Positions 11,508-22,410 are shown, counted from the stretch's first letter. The stretch: DNA of 64,000 nucleotides from Rebecca billardiae RCC1528 (GCA_965240325.2 OZ251254.1:496001-560000), one strand, 5' to 3'. Numbers and translations: made by a program. Notes: generated by a model from the letters alone, not told the origin.

Positions 11508-11643
11508 CCGCTTGGGCGCGGTCCATCTTGACGCCCTCGAGGGGCCCACAGCGCCGAACGCCCCTGCACGCTTCACCTCGCCGCGCGCGAGCGCGTTCAA
11601 AACGGCCTCCATCCTGAGGTCCATCCGCGGCCAGTCTTTATGC
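11488..11643 (+). repeat. 156-bp dispersed direct repeat, copy 1
   Basis: Matches 20605-20760 with 4 substitutions by manual alignment. Confidence 0.92.
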
Positions 11644-11766
11644 CGCGCCGGCCGGCGTCGGCACACCACCGGGGCGGTCCGGGCGCGTTTGTCCGGCCGC
11701 CCACGGTTTCAAGCTTTCATGGCTGCGGCCTGAGCGCAGCCCGTGCATCAGCAAGACCGGCCATCG

Positions 11767-14700
11767 ATGGCGCCCGGGCGTGGGCGGCAGGGGCGGCAGC
11801 TCCCGCCCAAGCCGGTGCTCATCAAGGACACGGCCCCCCGCATCGCCCCGCCCATCACCATCCCGCTCCGCCCGCTCGCCAACCCCGTCGAGCCGCGCGA
11901 CGACTTTGTGGACCACATCAAGCATGAGTACATGGTGCACTACTTGGAGGGGATCGGCGTGGCGCCCACGCGCGCGAACCTCGAGATGGTGCGCCGCGCG
12001 CCGCACGCGCGCGCGCGCGCGGACGCGGAGGGCTGCGCGCGCCGCCCAGCGCCACCGACCCGGCCGCGCGCGCTCCCGCGCACACCGCGCGCACCGCCGC
12101 CGCGCCGCGCGCCGCGCCGTGCGCCGCGCCGCGCGCCGCGCCGCTGCCGCGCAGGTGAAGAAGCACGTGCCCAAGTCTGAGCTGGTGATCACGTGGGCGT
12201 GGAAGTCGCGCGGCTGGCCGTCCGACCAGATCTACGTCTCGCACGTCGCCGAGTCCGCCGCCAGCTCCGCCGACACCGAGTCCCTCGCGCGCGCGGCGCA
12301 GGGCCGCGGCGGCGAGGCGGAGGCAAAGGCGCCCACGGCGCTGGCGCTCGCGGCGCCGGAGAACCAGGGGCTGCCGGAGGAGCTGATGACGCTGCTCGGC
12401 GCGGAGGACGAGGAGGAGGAGCGCAAGCGCGCGCGCCGCGCCGCCGCGGAGGCCTCCTCCGCCATCTCGCAGCAGCTCCGCACATCCGCTGGGACTCCGT
12501 TGGTGTGTGGCGCGGCGCGGTGCGGCGCGCGGCGCGCGCAGCCCCACGGCTGCCGACGCGCGACGCGCGCGCGTGCGTTCAGGCTGGCACGCGCGTGGCG
12601 CGCGCGCGCGCGCGTCTCCACGACGGGGACGCGCGTGGGGCGCGCGCGCGCGGTGGCGTCGCGACATGTGCAGCGCGCGCGCGCCACGCGCGCCGCGCGC
12701 CCCGGCACGCGCGCCCCACTCCGCCGCTAACCCTAACCCTAACCCTAACCCTCACCCGAACCCGAACCCGAACCCGGACCGCAGGCCTTCCCCACCTTTG
12801 CGGAGATCCGGGAGCGCTTCGTGCATCCCTTCTCGCTGCCAGCGGAGGCGATCAGGGCGCGGCGCGCGAGCGCCGAGCGCGCGCGGCGGCGCGCGGGGGG
12901 CACACCCGACTTCCGCGCGAGGTTGGAGGCCGTCTTTCCGACGTACACGCACGATGAGGTGCGCGCGCCGCGCTCGCTCGCGCGATTGCACTCTCGCGCG
13001 TGCCCGCCGGCCGCGCGGCGGCGGCGGCGGCGGCCGGCCGGCGCGGCTGGCTGGCTGGCTGCGGCGCGCGCGCGCCGACCGCGCGCGCCGCGCGCAGGCA
13101 GCGCGCGCGCTCACGCCGTGTGTCGCGTGCGCCGCCCCCTTCCCCTGCGGCCGCTTGCCTGTTGGTGTGCTGCACCCCGGCGGTGCTCGTGGGCTCGTGG
13201 CTCCATCCCTCTGGGGCCCGCCCCCCCCCCCCCCCCCCCGCGCGCACAGGTGCTCGCCGAGCTGGTGACGCCCCTCGTGCTGCACACCAAAGACGTGCTG
13301 GCTTCACTCTCCTCGTTTGCCGCGGTCTTCCCGTTACACTTGCTGGCGACGAAACTCGAGCCCTCGGAGCGCGCGCAGCTGGGCGCCATGCTGACCGGGG
13401 CGCAGTACGCGCGCTTCGTGGGGCTGGTGACGGTGTGGGCGTACGAGTCGCACATGGCGCAGTGGCGGGACCCCGCCGCGCACGCGCGGATGCGGGCCCG
13501 GGCATTCGAGGCGCGGCGCGCACGGTGCGCGCCAGCCGCCGCGCCGCGCGAGAGCCAGCGCCGCGCGCCGCGCGCCGCGCCGCCAAGCGTGTGTGCCGTG
13601 CGCGGCGTGGCGACGCGCGTGCGTGGGCTGCGTGGGCCTGGGCGCGAGGCGCGCCGCGCGTGGCGCCGCGCGCGCGCGCTTGGCTCGGCGGCTGAGCGCC
13701 GCCCGCCGCGCCGCCACACCGCCGCCGCGCCGCCGCCTCGCGCGAGCAGGGCGAGCGCACTCGCTGCCGCCGGCGCGGACGCGCCCGCTGCCGCGCCGGA
13801 GGAGGAGGAGGAGGCGGAGTCGTGGGCCGATGGCGCAGGGGGCGGCAGCTGCGGCGGCAGCGTGGGCGAGAGGAGCGGCGGGAGCTTCGGCACCGCGCGG
13901 CCCGACTCGCCGCAGCCGCCGCCGTCCGCCGGCGGCGCGAGCGGAGCCGGCGGCACGGCCCCCTCGCCGCCATCCGCCGAGCGCAGCGGCAGCGGCGGCG
14001 GCGCGAGCGGGCGAGGCGGCGGCGGCTCGGCCGCGCCGCGGCACGTGAGTGTCGGGGGCGGCGGCGTGCACGGCGAGGCGTCGGCGGAGAGCGGCGCGGA
14101 CTCGGTCGGTCGGCCCGAGGTGGGCGCAGCCGGGAGCAGCCTGCTCCGCCAGCGCAGCAGCGGGGCGAGCGCGCTGCGCGCCGCGCCTCCGCTCCGGCGC
14201 GGCGTTTCCGCGGTGAGCGCGCGCAGTGTCAGCACGCACGCGCGCGCGGCCGCGCACGCGCCGCCGTCCGCCGCCGTGCCGAGCCTGCTCGCCGCGATCC
14301 AGCACGACTTTGTCGCGCTGCAGAGGCCGCTGCGCAAGCGGCGCGAGCGGCTGCTCCACGGGCTGCCGATCCTTCTCCTCGGACTCCGCGTCGCCGTGGA
14401 CGTGCTGCTGCGCCACTCCTACCCCAAATGGTGCCGACCCGCACTCCCCGCGGCGCGAGATTGCGATCTCGCCGCCGCGCCGCGCGGGCGCGGTGGGGCG
14501 CGGTGGGGCGCGTGGCGGCTGTGCGCCCCGCGGCGCGCCGAGCGCGGGCGTGTACACGGCAGCTCACCCACGCGCCTCCCGCTCGCCCTCTGCCCCTGTC
14601 CCTCCCCCCGCCTACCCCGATTACCCCGATTACCCCGATTACCCCAATGTCTCCGATTCCTCCGATCCCCCGCAGGTGGTCGACGCTGCACGGCGCGGAC

Positions 14701-16352
14701 ACGCTGGCGGTGGTGCAGGAGGCGATCACGCAGCTCTTCGACCCCGAGCGGTGCGCGCGCTGGGCGCACCGGCTGCTGCGCTGCTGCGCTGCTGCGCTGC
14801 TGCGCTGCTGCGCTGCTGCGCGCGGGTACGGGGAGGGCAGGGGGTAGGGTAGGGATAGGGGTCAGGGAGCGGGGTTCGCGGCAAGGGGCAGAGTAGGGTG
14901 GTTGGGAGGGGCGAGGGGGTAGGGGTAGGGGCTCGCGTTAGGGGCTAGGGTAGGGGGGCGCGGCCCGTGCGCGCGCCGCGGCACGGGCGCGCCCGGCGCT
15001 GGCTGGCTGTGCCGCGCGCTTGCGTGCGCCTCTGCTTTACGCGCGCGGCCGGCTGACGACGCCTGCCTGCGACAACCTCCTGCCGCGCCGTGCCGCCCGA
15101 CTCCGCGCGCCGCAGCTACCACTCGCGCCTCTCCGTCGTCATGTCCACAACCGCCGCGGTCACGGCAACGCTCGCCCACCGCTCGGAGGAGGCGCCGGCA
15201 CAGCGACAGGCCCATTACCACACGACGAGCAACCTCACCCGGCTGGCCATCCCGGACGCGGCCTACGCGCGGCTGCCGCCCTCCGGTGCGTGCGTGCGTG
15301 CGTGTGCGCGCGTGCGTGTGCGTGTGCACACGCGCACGCCAGCCACGGCCCACCACCGCGCCCGGCCGCGCCCTCCAAGCCCGGCCAGCCACGCGCGCCG
15401 CGCCCGCGCCGCGTTGCGCGCTCAGCTCTCACGCACGCACCTCCGCTCCGGCCCCCGCCCCCGCGCGGCCCCGCCCGCCCCGCGCCCCCGCCCGCCCGCG
15501 CACGCGCGCCTACTCCGATACCTCCCGATTTCTCTGATTCCTCGTGTTACTCCGATTCCTCAAATTCCCCCGATTCCTCCGATTCCTCACTCCGCGCTCT
15601 GTTCAGAGCAAGTCTCTGTCCCCGCGCGCGTCTCGCGCGAGATCGCCGCCTCGATCGAGCCCAACGAGCGCGCGAGGCAGCACGTGCATGCGCTCGCGCT
15701 GCAGCAGGTGGCGCCCGCGCCGTCCAAGACCGGCCCGACGGGGCGCGTGCTGCCCGCGGCGGGCGGCCCGCCGCTTCCACCCGGCCTCGCGCCCCACGCC
15801 TCGCCCGACGCGATGCGCGCGCACGCGGCGCACACGGACCGAGCCGTGCGCCGGCTGATCCTGCCGCGCTCGCTCGCGAGCACCTCCTCGGCCAACGCGG
15901 CGCGCACTGTGCCCGTCGAGCAGCACATCGAGCGCGCGCGCGCGGCGCGCTCGCGCTCGGAGCGCACATGGCGCGGCGCCGGCCCCGGGATGGATGCTTA
16001 TGCGGCCGCGCTCGCGGCCGCGGCCGCGCCCGCGGCGGACGACGGCGGCGGTCGGTCGGTCACGATGGCGGCGGAGGCGCCCGCGGCGGCCGCCGCGGCC
16101 GAGCGAGGCGACGACGAGGACCTCGACGACGAGCTCTTCCGGCAGGCCGACGCGCGCGGCGGCGGCGACTCGTTCAGCCGGGGGAGCACGTGGCGCGCGA
16201 CGGCGGGCGGCAACCGCAGGCGCGGCGCCGGCAGCGCGGCCGGCTCGCAGCGCGCGGCCGCGACGCGGCTCGGCAGCGGCGCCTCAGGCACGGTGCGGCA
16301 GCGCATGCAGCTGCAGAGGCAGCGCAGCGTGCGAAGTGAGGGTCGCCGATGA
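11767..16352 (+). CDS. Multi-exon hypothetical protein with weak PPP1R36-like resemblance. Exons about 11767-11988, 12155-12502, 12785-12958, 13250-13524, 13750-14430, 14676-14750, 15116-15285, 15607-16352
   Basis: GT-AG introns join phase-compatible exons. Globular blocks include FVGLVTVWAY, HGLPILLLGLRVAVDVLLRHSYPKWW, ITQLFDPERYHSRLS and HYHTTS. The family resemblance is from memory and unverified. Confidence 0.65.
12726..12780 (+). repeat. Telomere-like (CCCTAA/CCCGAA)n array in intron 12503-12784
   Basis: ctaaccctaaccctaaccctaaccctcacccgaacccgaacccgaacccgga directly before the acceptor CAG. Confidence 0.88.
14841..14955 (+). repeat. Degenerate G-rich TAGGG/TTAGGG-like array in intron 14751-15115
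   Basis: ggggtagggtagggataggggtcaggg...ggggtaggggtagggg...gttaggggctagggtagggggg. Confidence 0.7.
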
Positions 16353-16499
16353 CGGCGCGTAGTCATCCGCATTGGCGCTATTCTGCTGGCTCCAGCCTAC
16401 TGCTGCATTGCTAAGTCTGACGTCTGGCCCGGGCGGCGGCACTCAGCCACAGCCGCACAGCTGGCTATAAACTAATAATACTAAGTATTTATACTACGC

Positions 16500-17588
16500 T
16501 CAGCCGGGAGGCGCGAGCGGGCTGCGCTCGATATGCCGGCCGTAGTCGACGCCCATCGCGATGGCGGCGCCGTAGCGCGCGGCGCGGCTCGCGTGCCGCG
16601 CCGCGGCGCCTGTGCCCGCGCGCGCCGGCCTGCCGTGCGCGGCGGCGCGCGCGATGTGGCGCGTGCGGTCGATCGGGAGCCCGGCCAGCACGCGGTGCAC
16701 GAGCGGATCGGTGCGCACCGACCCCGCTGGCGACGGCGCGCGATGCGGTCGCTCGGCGTGCGGCGCGAGCAGCGCGCTCCTCCGCGCGAGCGGGTCGGAG
16801 CGCACGCGCCGCGCCAGCAGCGCGTGCGCGAGCGCCGTGGACCGTCGCTCGGCGCTCGGCGACGCGTACGGTGGGGCGTCGTGGAGCCGCACCTCGCGCA
16901 TGGCCGCGCCCTGCAGAAAGCAGTGCAGGCAGTGCGCGTCCCCGCACACGCACACCACCCCCGCCGCCGGGTCGTCGCGCGCCGCCGCGGCGGCCGGCTC
17001 GGCGGCGGCAAAGGCGCGCGGCTGGCTGAGCTCTGGGCTGAGCGAGCCATCGGACTCGCACCAGTCGTAACGGGAATCGTAACGGTCCTCCTCGATGGTC
17101 TCGAAGCTGTCGCTCCGCGAGCCGCTCCGCGAGGACAGCGGGTCGGCGCCGTGCCCCGGCGCCGCGCCCATCCACGCGGGGCTCTCCCACCCGAGCCGGG
17201 AGCCCTGGACCGGGAGCTTGAGGAAGGCGCGCAGGTTCGCGAGCGCGGCCGCGCGCGGCAGCGTGTAGCTTGAGCCGACGGGGGGGTCGTGCACGCGGTC
17301 GAGGAGGACGACGACGAGGAGGCCCGCCTGGTCCAAAAGCTCCACGAGCGCGCGGCCATCGTCGTCCACCGTGCCGGAGGGCTCGTTGAGCACGCACACG
17401 GCGAGCGTGGGGCAGCAGAGCGAGCCGTCGGCGGCCGCGCCGGAGCACGCGTCGGTGTGCGCCTGCAGGGCGCCGAGGATGGTGTGCACGGAGGTCACGT
17501 GCTTGGTGCCGAGCTCGCTCACGGCGAGCCCGACCTGCTCGGCCTCGGCCGAGCTTCGCGAGAAGATCAGCGCCGCGGAGTGCGGCAT
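16500..17588 (-). CDS. Hypothetical protein (362 aa, intronless)
   Basis: ATG-initiated ORF with coding-like composition and a Cys/His cluster (CVCGDAHCLHC); no family recognised. Confidence 0.6.
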   Translation of the reverse strand: MPHSAALIFSRSSAEAEQVGLAVSELGTKHVTSVHTILGALQAHTDACSGAAADGSLCCPTLAVCVLNEPSGTVDDDGRALVELLDQAGLLVVVLLDRVHDPPVGSSYTLPRAAALANLRAFLKLPVQGSRLGWESPAWMGAAPGHGADPLSSRSGSRSDSFETIEEDRYDSRYDWCESDGSLSPELSQPRAFAAAEPAAAAARDDPAAGVVCVCGDAHCLHCFLQGAAMREVRLHDAPPYASPSAERRSTALAHALLARRVRSDPLARRSALLAPHAERPHRAPSPAGSVRTDPLVHRVLAGLPIDRTRHIARAAAHGRPARAGTGAAARHASRAARYGAAIAMGVDYGRHIERSPLAPPG

Positions 17589-18092
17589 GCTCGTCAGCCG
17601 CGGGTGATGCGGGATTCGGCGAAGTTGCGCGCGGTCCTAGGTATCTGTCACGCGGCGCGGTTGGCGGACGCAGGCGGTGAGAATAATGACTTGTGGATGC
17701 GAATCGGGGGGAGTGGATTAGTGGAAACTACCCTTTGCGCCGGTCAGCCCGAGTGCAGAGGGTTAACGCGATGAATACGAGACACTCACGAGCAACACGC
17801 AATCTCATTAATCACGGTCCCTGCCCATAGGCGTGCGTATGAGCTCTTTTTAAGGGCGATCCATCAAACGTTGATGGCAGTTGTCGCGGTACTTCCCTAC
17901 CAGTATCTCTCATTTCAGTGGCCACACGCATACTCAACCGGCGGAAAGGAGTAACCCAGAATCATCAATAACAAGGGCGTTCCCGGGATCCTGCCACACG
18001 CTCCTGAAAAGCAAAGCCCCCGCTGCGGGGGCTTTGCCTTCCGGACTGGCGCTGCGCCAGTGGCGGCCGCCAACCCGGACTACAGCGCACCA

Positions 18093-18993
18093 GCGCTTGG
18101 CGCGCGCGCGGCGCGGCGCGCTGCGGCCGTCGAGTTGCCGTGCGAAGGCGGCGCGTTGCTTGCGTGGCATCGGAACACGACCATGCTCCGCACTGCGCCC
18201 CGCAGCTCGCTCCTCGTCGACTTTGCCGCGCCTACGATCAGCGCGCATGCGAGCGTCGCGTCGGAATGAGCAGCCCGCGCCGGCCTCAGCCGTGAGCGCC
18301 CGCCTGGCGCGCGATGCGATCAACTCGGGGCACGAGCTGCGGCTGAGCGAGGAAGCATGTGCCTGCGCGCAAGCCGCGCCGCCTTGAGACACCGATCGTG
18401 AGCAGGGCATGCACCTTGCACGCAACTATTCTTCTTGCCCTTGCGAATGTCGCGGTGCCCTTGAAAGGACTCCTCATCAGCGCAACTACTCAAGCATGGC
18501 ATGACGGCAGCCACGCGCGCAGGCGATGCATGGATGTACACGAGTCATTGCGGGCACACGCAACCCGAAGACTCCTATTCATCGCTTCAGGGCGCTCACG
18601 GTCTGTTATTTCATCTCCACTGCATGCAAGGCTCGTGCAGGCTGATCGGCATTCGTCGACAGCCGTCTGAAGCTGCATCAACGCGCACGATCGATGTCTC
18701 AAGGCGGCGCGGCTTGCGCGCAGGCACATGCTTCCTCGCTCAGCCGCAGCTCGTGCCCCGAGTTGATCGCATCGCGCGCCAGGCGGGCGCTCACGGCTGA
18801 GGCCGGCGCGGGCTGCTCATTCCGACGCGACGCTCGCATGCGCGCTGATCGTAGGCGCGGCAAAGTCGACGAGGAGCGAGCTGCGGGGCGCAGTGCGGAG
18901 CATGGTCGTGTTCCGATGCCACGCAAGCAACGCGCCGCCTTCGCACGGCAACTCGACGGCCGCAGCGCGCCGCGCCGCGCGCGCGCCAAGCGC
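18093..18993. repeat. Long inverted repeat / foldback: arms 18093-18400 and 18686-18993 (308 bp each), 285-bp spacer, CCA on both outer flanks
   Basis: The arms are reverse complements (one mismatch seen near the inner end). ORFs 17934..18425(-)/18694..19137(+) and 17881..18387(+)/18699..19034(-) give mirror-identical peptides. Confidence 0.93.
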
Positions 18994-19739
18994 CCATCGA
19001 CGCCAGCGCGCCTTCGCGCCAAGCGCGTTTTCATTTTCCGCGCTTTGTTTTCGCGCGTGAGTTTTTATTGGCGCATGACCCGCGCGGGGAACGCCCCTGC
19101 GGTTAGCCGTAGCGCTCTAGATTTCGAACCTCTGTGATGAGTCCTCAAAACTGTTCATCGCTGGTTAAATAAGACCGGTAATTTAACCGGCGATGAACAC
19201 GCGCCTCGATCTGATTACGAGAATGTCGAACCGCGGGATTCAGCAATATAATACTGCTGTGTTGACTACGTTTAATGGTTGGATTCCTCGGCGCGACCGA
19301 TCGAAACTCCGCGGAAAGAAACAAAACGAATGAGACATGAATCGTCAGGATTCAGGAGACCCGCGTCGTCCTACCTGTGTCGTTAAATCATAGAATGAAC
19401 GGCGCGATGTTCCCGTTGCCAACCCGCCCGGACTGCGCTCGCGAGTCGCGACCAAGCCTACGGCGGCCGCGCAGCCCCCAGCCAGGCCGAGACAGACTGG
19501 GCACCGCCGTGGCGCCAGAGACGGCGTGAGACGCCGGACGACGCCCCGGACGGACCGCTTGCCGACTGCCGAGTCGCCGCTACTGAGCAAGCGGTGGCCT
19601 AAAGTGCGGAAGTGCCACGCAAACCACCGGCGGGTCCATCGCTCTGGTCCGCGAGGCCATGCCCCCGGCGCGGCCCGTGTCGCGCGCGGCATTGCGGCTG
19701 GCGGCTGCTTTGATCGTGGCGGATGAACACTCGAGCTAT

Positions 19740-20321
19740 CTAATCTTGCGGCCGCCCGCTGAGCCACTCGAGCGCCAGGCCCTCCGGAAAGCTGACGCCC
19801 TCCCAGCCTGTCTGCCGGAACTCAGCGAGCGCGTGGAGGTCCTGCTCGCTCAGCACGTCACACGGCTCGCCTCGCCAGGCGGCGCCGAACAGCTCGGCGC
19901 CGCGCTCCTTGCTCAGCCGCAGCAGCTTCCCCAGCGACAGCAGCCGCGCCGCCAATTGCCCCTCGGCGGCGGCGCACGCGCACGAGCCCGCGCGGAACGG
20001 CCGCGGGGAGTAGGCCAGGTGCTCGGCAACGAAATCGAGCACGTCGCGCACGGTGAGCGTGCCCGCGCGCGCGTGCAGCTCCGCCAGCGCCGCGTCGACG
20101 TCCTGCGCGGCGGGCCGCGATGGAGCCTGCGCGAGATCATCGAGATACGATGCTGACTTGTAGCAGCAGCCCGTGCGCCCACCCGGCTGGCCGGCCATGG
20201 CGAGCGCCGATCTGCGGAGTGCGGGATCGCGCACTGGCGCACGCCCCGCCGTCACGGCGCGCAGAGCCTGGGGTGCACTCCCCAGGCTCATCAGCAGGCT
20301 GCACGCGAGGGCGGCGGCCAT
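19740..20321 (-). CDS. HopJ-like protein with probable bipartite (signal + transit) presequence
   Basis: VLDFVAEHLAYSPRPFRAG..AAAEG..LLSLGKLLRLSKERGAELFG..LAEFRQTGWEGVSFPEGLAL follows the HopJ-family pattern; N-terminus MAAALACSLLMSLGSAP is followed by an Arg/Ala-rich stretch. Confidence 0.7.
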   Translation of the reverse strand: MAAALACSLLMSLGSAPQALRAVTAGRAPVRDPALRRSALAMAGQPGGRTGCCYKSASYLDDLAQAPSRPAAQDVDAALAELHARAGTLTVRDVLDFVAEHLAYSPRPFRAGSCACAAAEGQLAARLLSLGKLLRLSKERGAELFGAAWRGEPCDVLSEQDLHALAEFRQTGWEGVSFPEGLALEWLSGRPQD

Positions 20322-20604
20322 AAAGACTGGCCGATGTGGCGACACTCCCATCAAGGGGTCTTACAAATAACCCCCTTGCTCCCATAGCTTTTCCTGACGG
20401 CCCGAGGTACGAGTGGTCGTTGCCCGCAAAACTACACGAAAATAAACATTTTGCCACGTTTGCGGAAATGGCGGGGCTCCCGGCCGCTCTGCCGCTGACT
20501 TCGCCCGCTGGCAGGCGCAGTGGGAGCCGACCACTCGTACCTTCGGCCGTCAGACAGGAGGTCGTGTACCGCCCGCGCGCCGCGGCCTTGCACGGCGCGG
20601 AGAG

Positions 20605-20760
20605 GCCGCTCCAGGGGGCGACGTCCGCTTGGGCGCGGTCCATCTTGACGCCCTCAAGGGGCCCACAGCGCCTAACGCCCCTGCACGCTTCACCTCGCCG
20701 CGCGCGAGCGCGTTCAAAACGGCCTCCATCCTGAGGTCCATCTGCGGCCAGTCTTTATGC
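20605..20760 (+). repeat. 156-bp dispersed direct repeat, copy 2
   Basis: Matches 11488-11643 with 4 substitutions. Confidence 0.92.
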
Positions 20761-21498
20761 TCACAGCGAATCTTCCGGAGGGGCGCGGTACAACCGTAGG
20801 ACGACCCTTGGTAGGACGCTGAGGTACAAGGTTCGCGCCCGTCCATTCGCCGGCTGAGCAAGCAGGAGGGCCTGACGAAGCGACGAACGCGCGCCGTGCG
20901 CCTGTCGCTCGATTGGCTTCAACGTCGTCGCGCAAAGGACCAACCATATCAATGCCTTGACCTCCCAGTCCTGGGCGTCAACGCTTGGCGTAGCGCCCCA
21001 CACTCGCACGTTGTCGCGTGTGCCCACTTGACTCCGTGGCGCACCGCGTCACGCCCACAGCCGCGACGCCGACTCGTCAGCGAGTCGGAGCGTCCATTAG
21101 ACTCATCCGCGCGTGTTCAAAACGTGTGACGGGGCGGTCAAGCGTGCACACGTGTAGCGCGCGGCGTACCCACACGCGTCGGAGGCGAGCTCGATTCCAC
21201 TGCGTGCAGAGCCGCTTCAGAGCTGTACGTGGGCATCGCGCAACTCTAGCGGCGAAGCATCAACGCCATCACGGTTGTGTCGTCAAGTACAACCCGCTGC
21301 TCAGTTTTGGAAAAAAATAGGGAGTACGCACTTTCCGTCGGGCGGGCGCCGGGCAAGCAGCAGCCGCGCTCCGAAATAACTGCTTGGCATCAGGCGCCAG
21401 TACGGCGGACGTAACCAGTACACATCATGGCGAGTGACATCTGGCGGTCCTAAGACGCCGGTGACGGTGCAGCACTCGAAGCCCGAAGGTCAGGGCGG

Positions 21499-22410
21499 CT
21501 AGCTATGATGTACAATGCGCATACTAGTCCTTAGAGGCGTAGTAACAGTACGCAGGGCTCCTCCGAAAGGTCGGACTGGCAGTGAGTCGGCGCGCCGGCC
21601 GGCTCGGTCTGCCGCCACAGGACGGCCGTCGGACCAGCGGTCGGCCTTTCTCCGGGACGACGAGGGGGGGGCATCCATGGCATCGGGCGTAGACATGCGC
21701 CGCTCGCCTCGGATCCGCAACGCCCTCACGGGCGTGCGTCTCGCTCCCACCCCAGCCGGCAGGGGCTCGGCGTTTTCAGATGATGTCTCCGACAGTGCGG
21801 CAGCTAAGATGTTCGCGCTCGAGGCTCAGGTTCGGGGCGGCAGGGGCGAGGGCTGCGAGGAGGACATGGGGGTGCTTTCGACGCTGGAGAGCTTTCGTGT
21901 GACCCAACCCGTGCTCTCGTCGAAGTGCGGCGTCGATGGCGTCGACGGCGCGGCTGTGCGGCATTCCGCGGCCACGCGCGCGTCCGAGGCCGCCTCGGCG
22001 CAGTCCCACAGCCGCCACTCGCGTCGGGTGCCGACGACAAGCTGCGCGGAACCCCGAAACGCGCGCGCTTCGGCGTGCGATGCTGCGTCTGCGTGCATGT
22101 GCGTGGCGGACGGCGGCGAGAGCATCTGCGGGCGGGACCCCAAACGCCGGAGGAGGAGAGGCGCCAATCGAGCAGATGAGGCGAACGAGTATTTGAGGGG
22201 TCGGGAGATGATGTCAACAGGCGCGAGCGGTACTTTCGCACGCGTCCGCCGAATTGTCTCCCCGCGGAGTGGGCCGAATCTCACGTCCAGAATCGCTCCA
22301 GATACGCGGCCCTCGGTTCGTGCATCGTCGAGGTGCATCGCCTGCACCGCTTCCGTATCTCCCGACCCGCGTGCTGATCGCCCATTGGGCAGCCTTTCTT
22401 GCGAAGCCAT
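21499..22410 (-). pseudogene. Possible pseudogene or orphan gene: frame 22410->21499 interrupted by a single TGA at 21826-21828
   Basis: ORFs 21826..22410 and 21499..21750 lie in the same frame, separated only by one stop; no recognisable domain. Confidence 0.3.

Noticed and set aside
17704-17790. tRNA gene or telomerase RNA template
   Set aside because: No T-arm/B-box or cloverleaf; the minus-strand TTAACCCTC is not a full template match
19078-19121. Helitron 3' end (hairpin then CTAG)
   Set aside because: The hairpin is imperfect, CTAG is followed by A rather than T, and no matching 5' end was found
17881-19137. Apparent duplicated protein genes on opposite strands
   Set aside because: They are translations of the two inverted-repeat arms and show no protein-like features
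21826-21828. Selenocysteine or readthrough TGA
   Set aside because: No redox-motif context, recognisable selenoprotein family or SECIS seen
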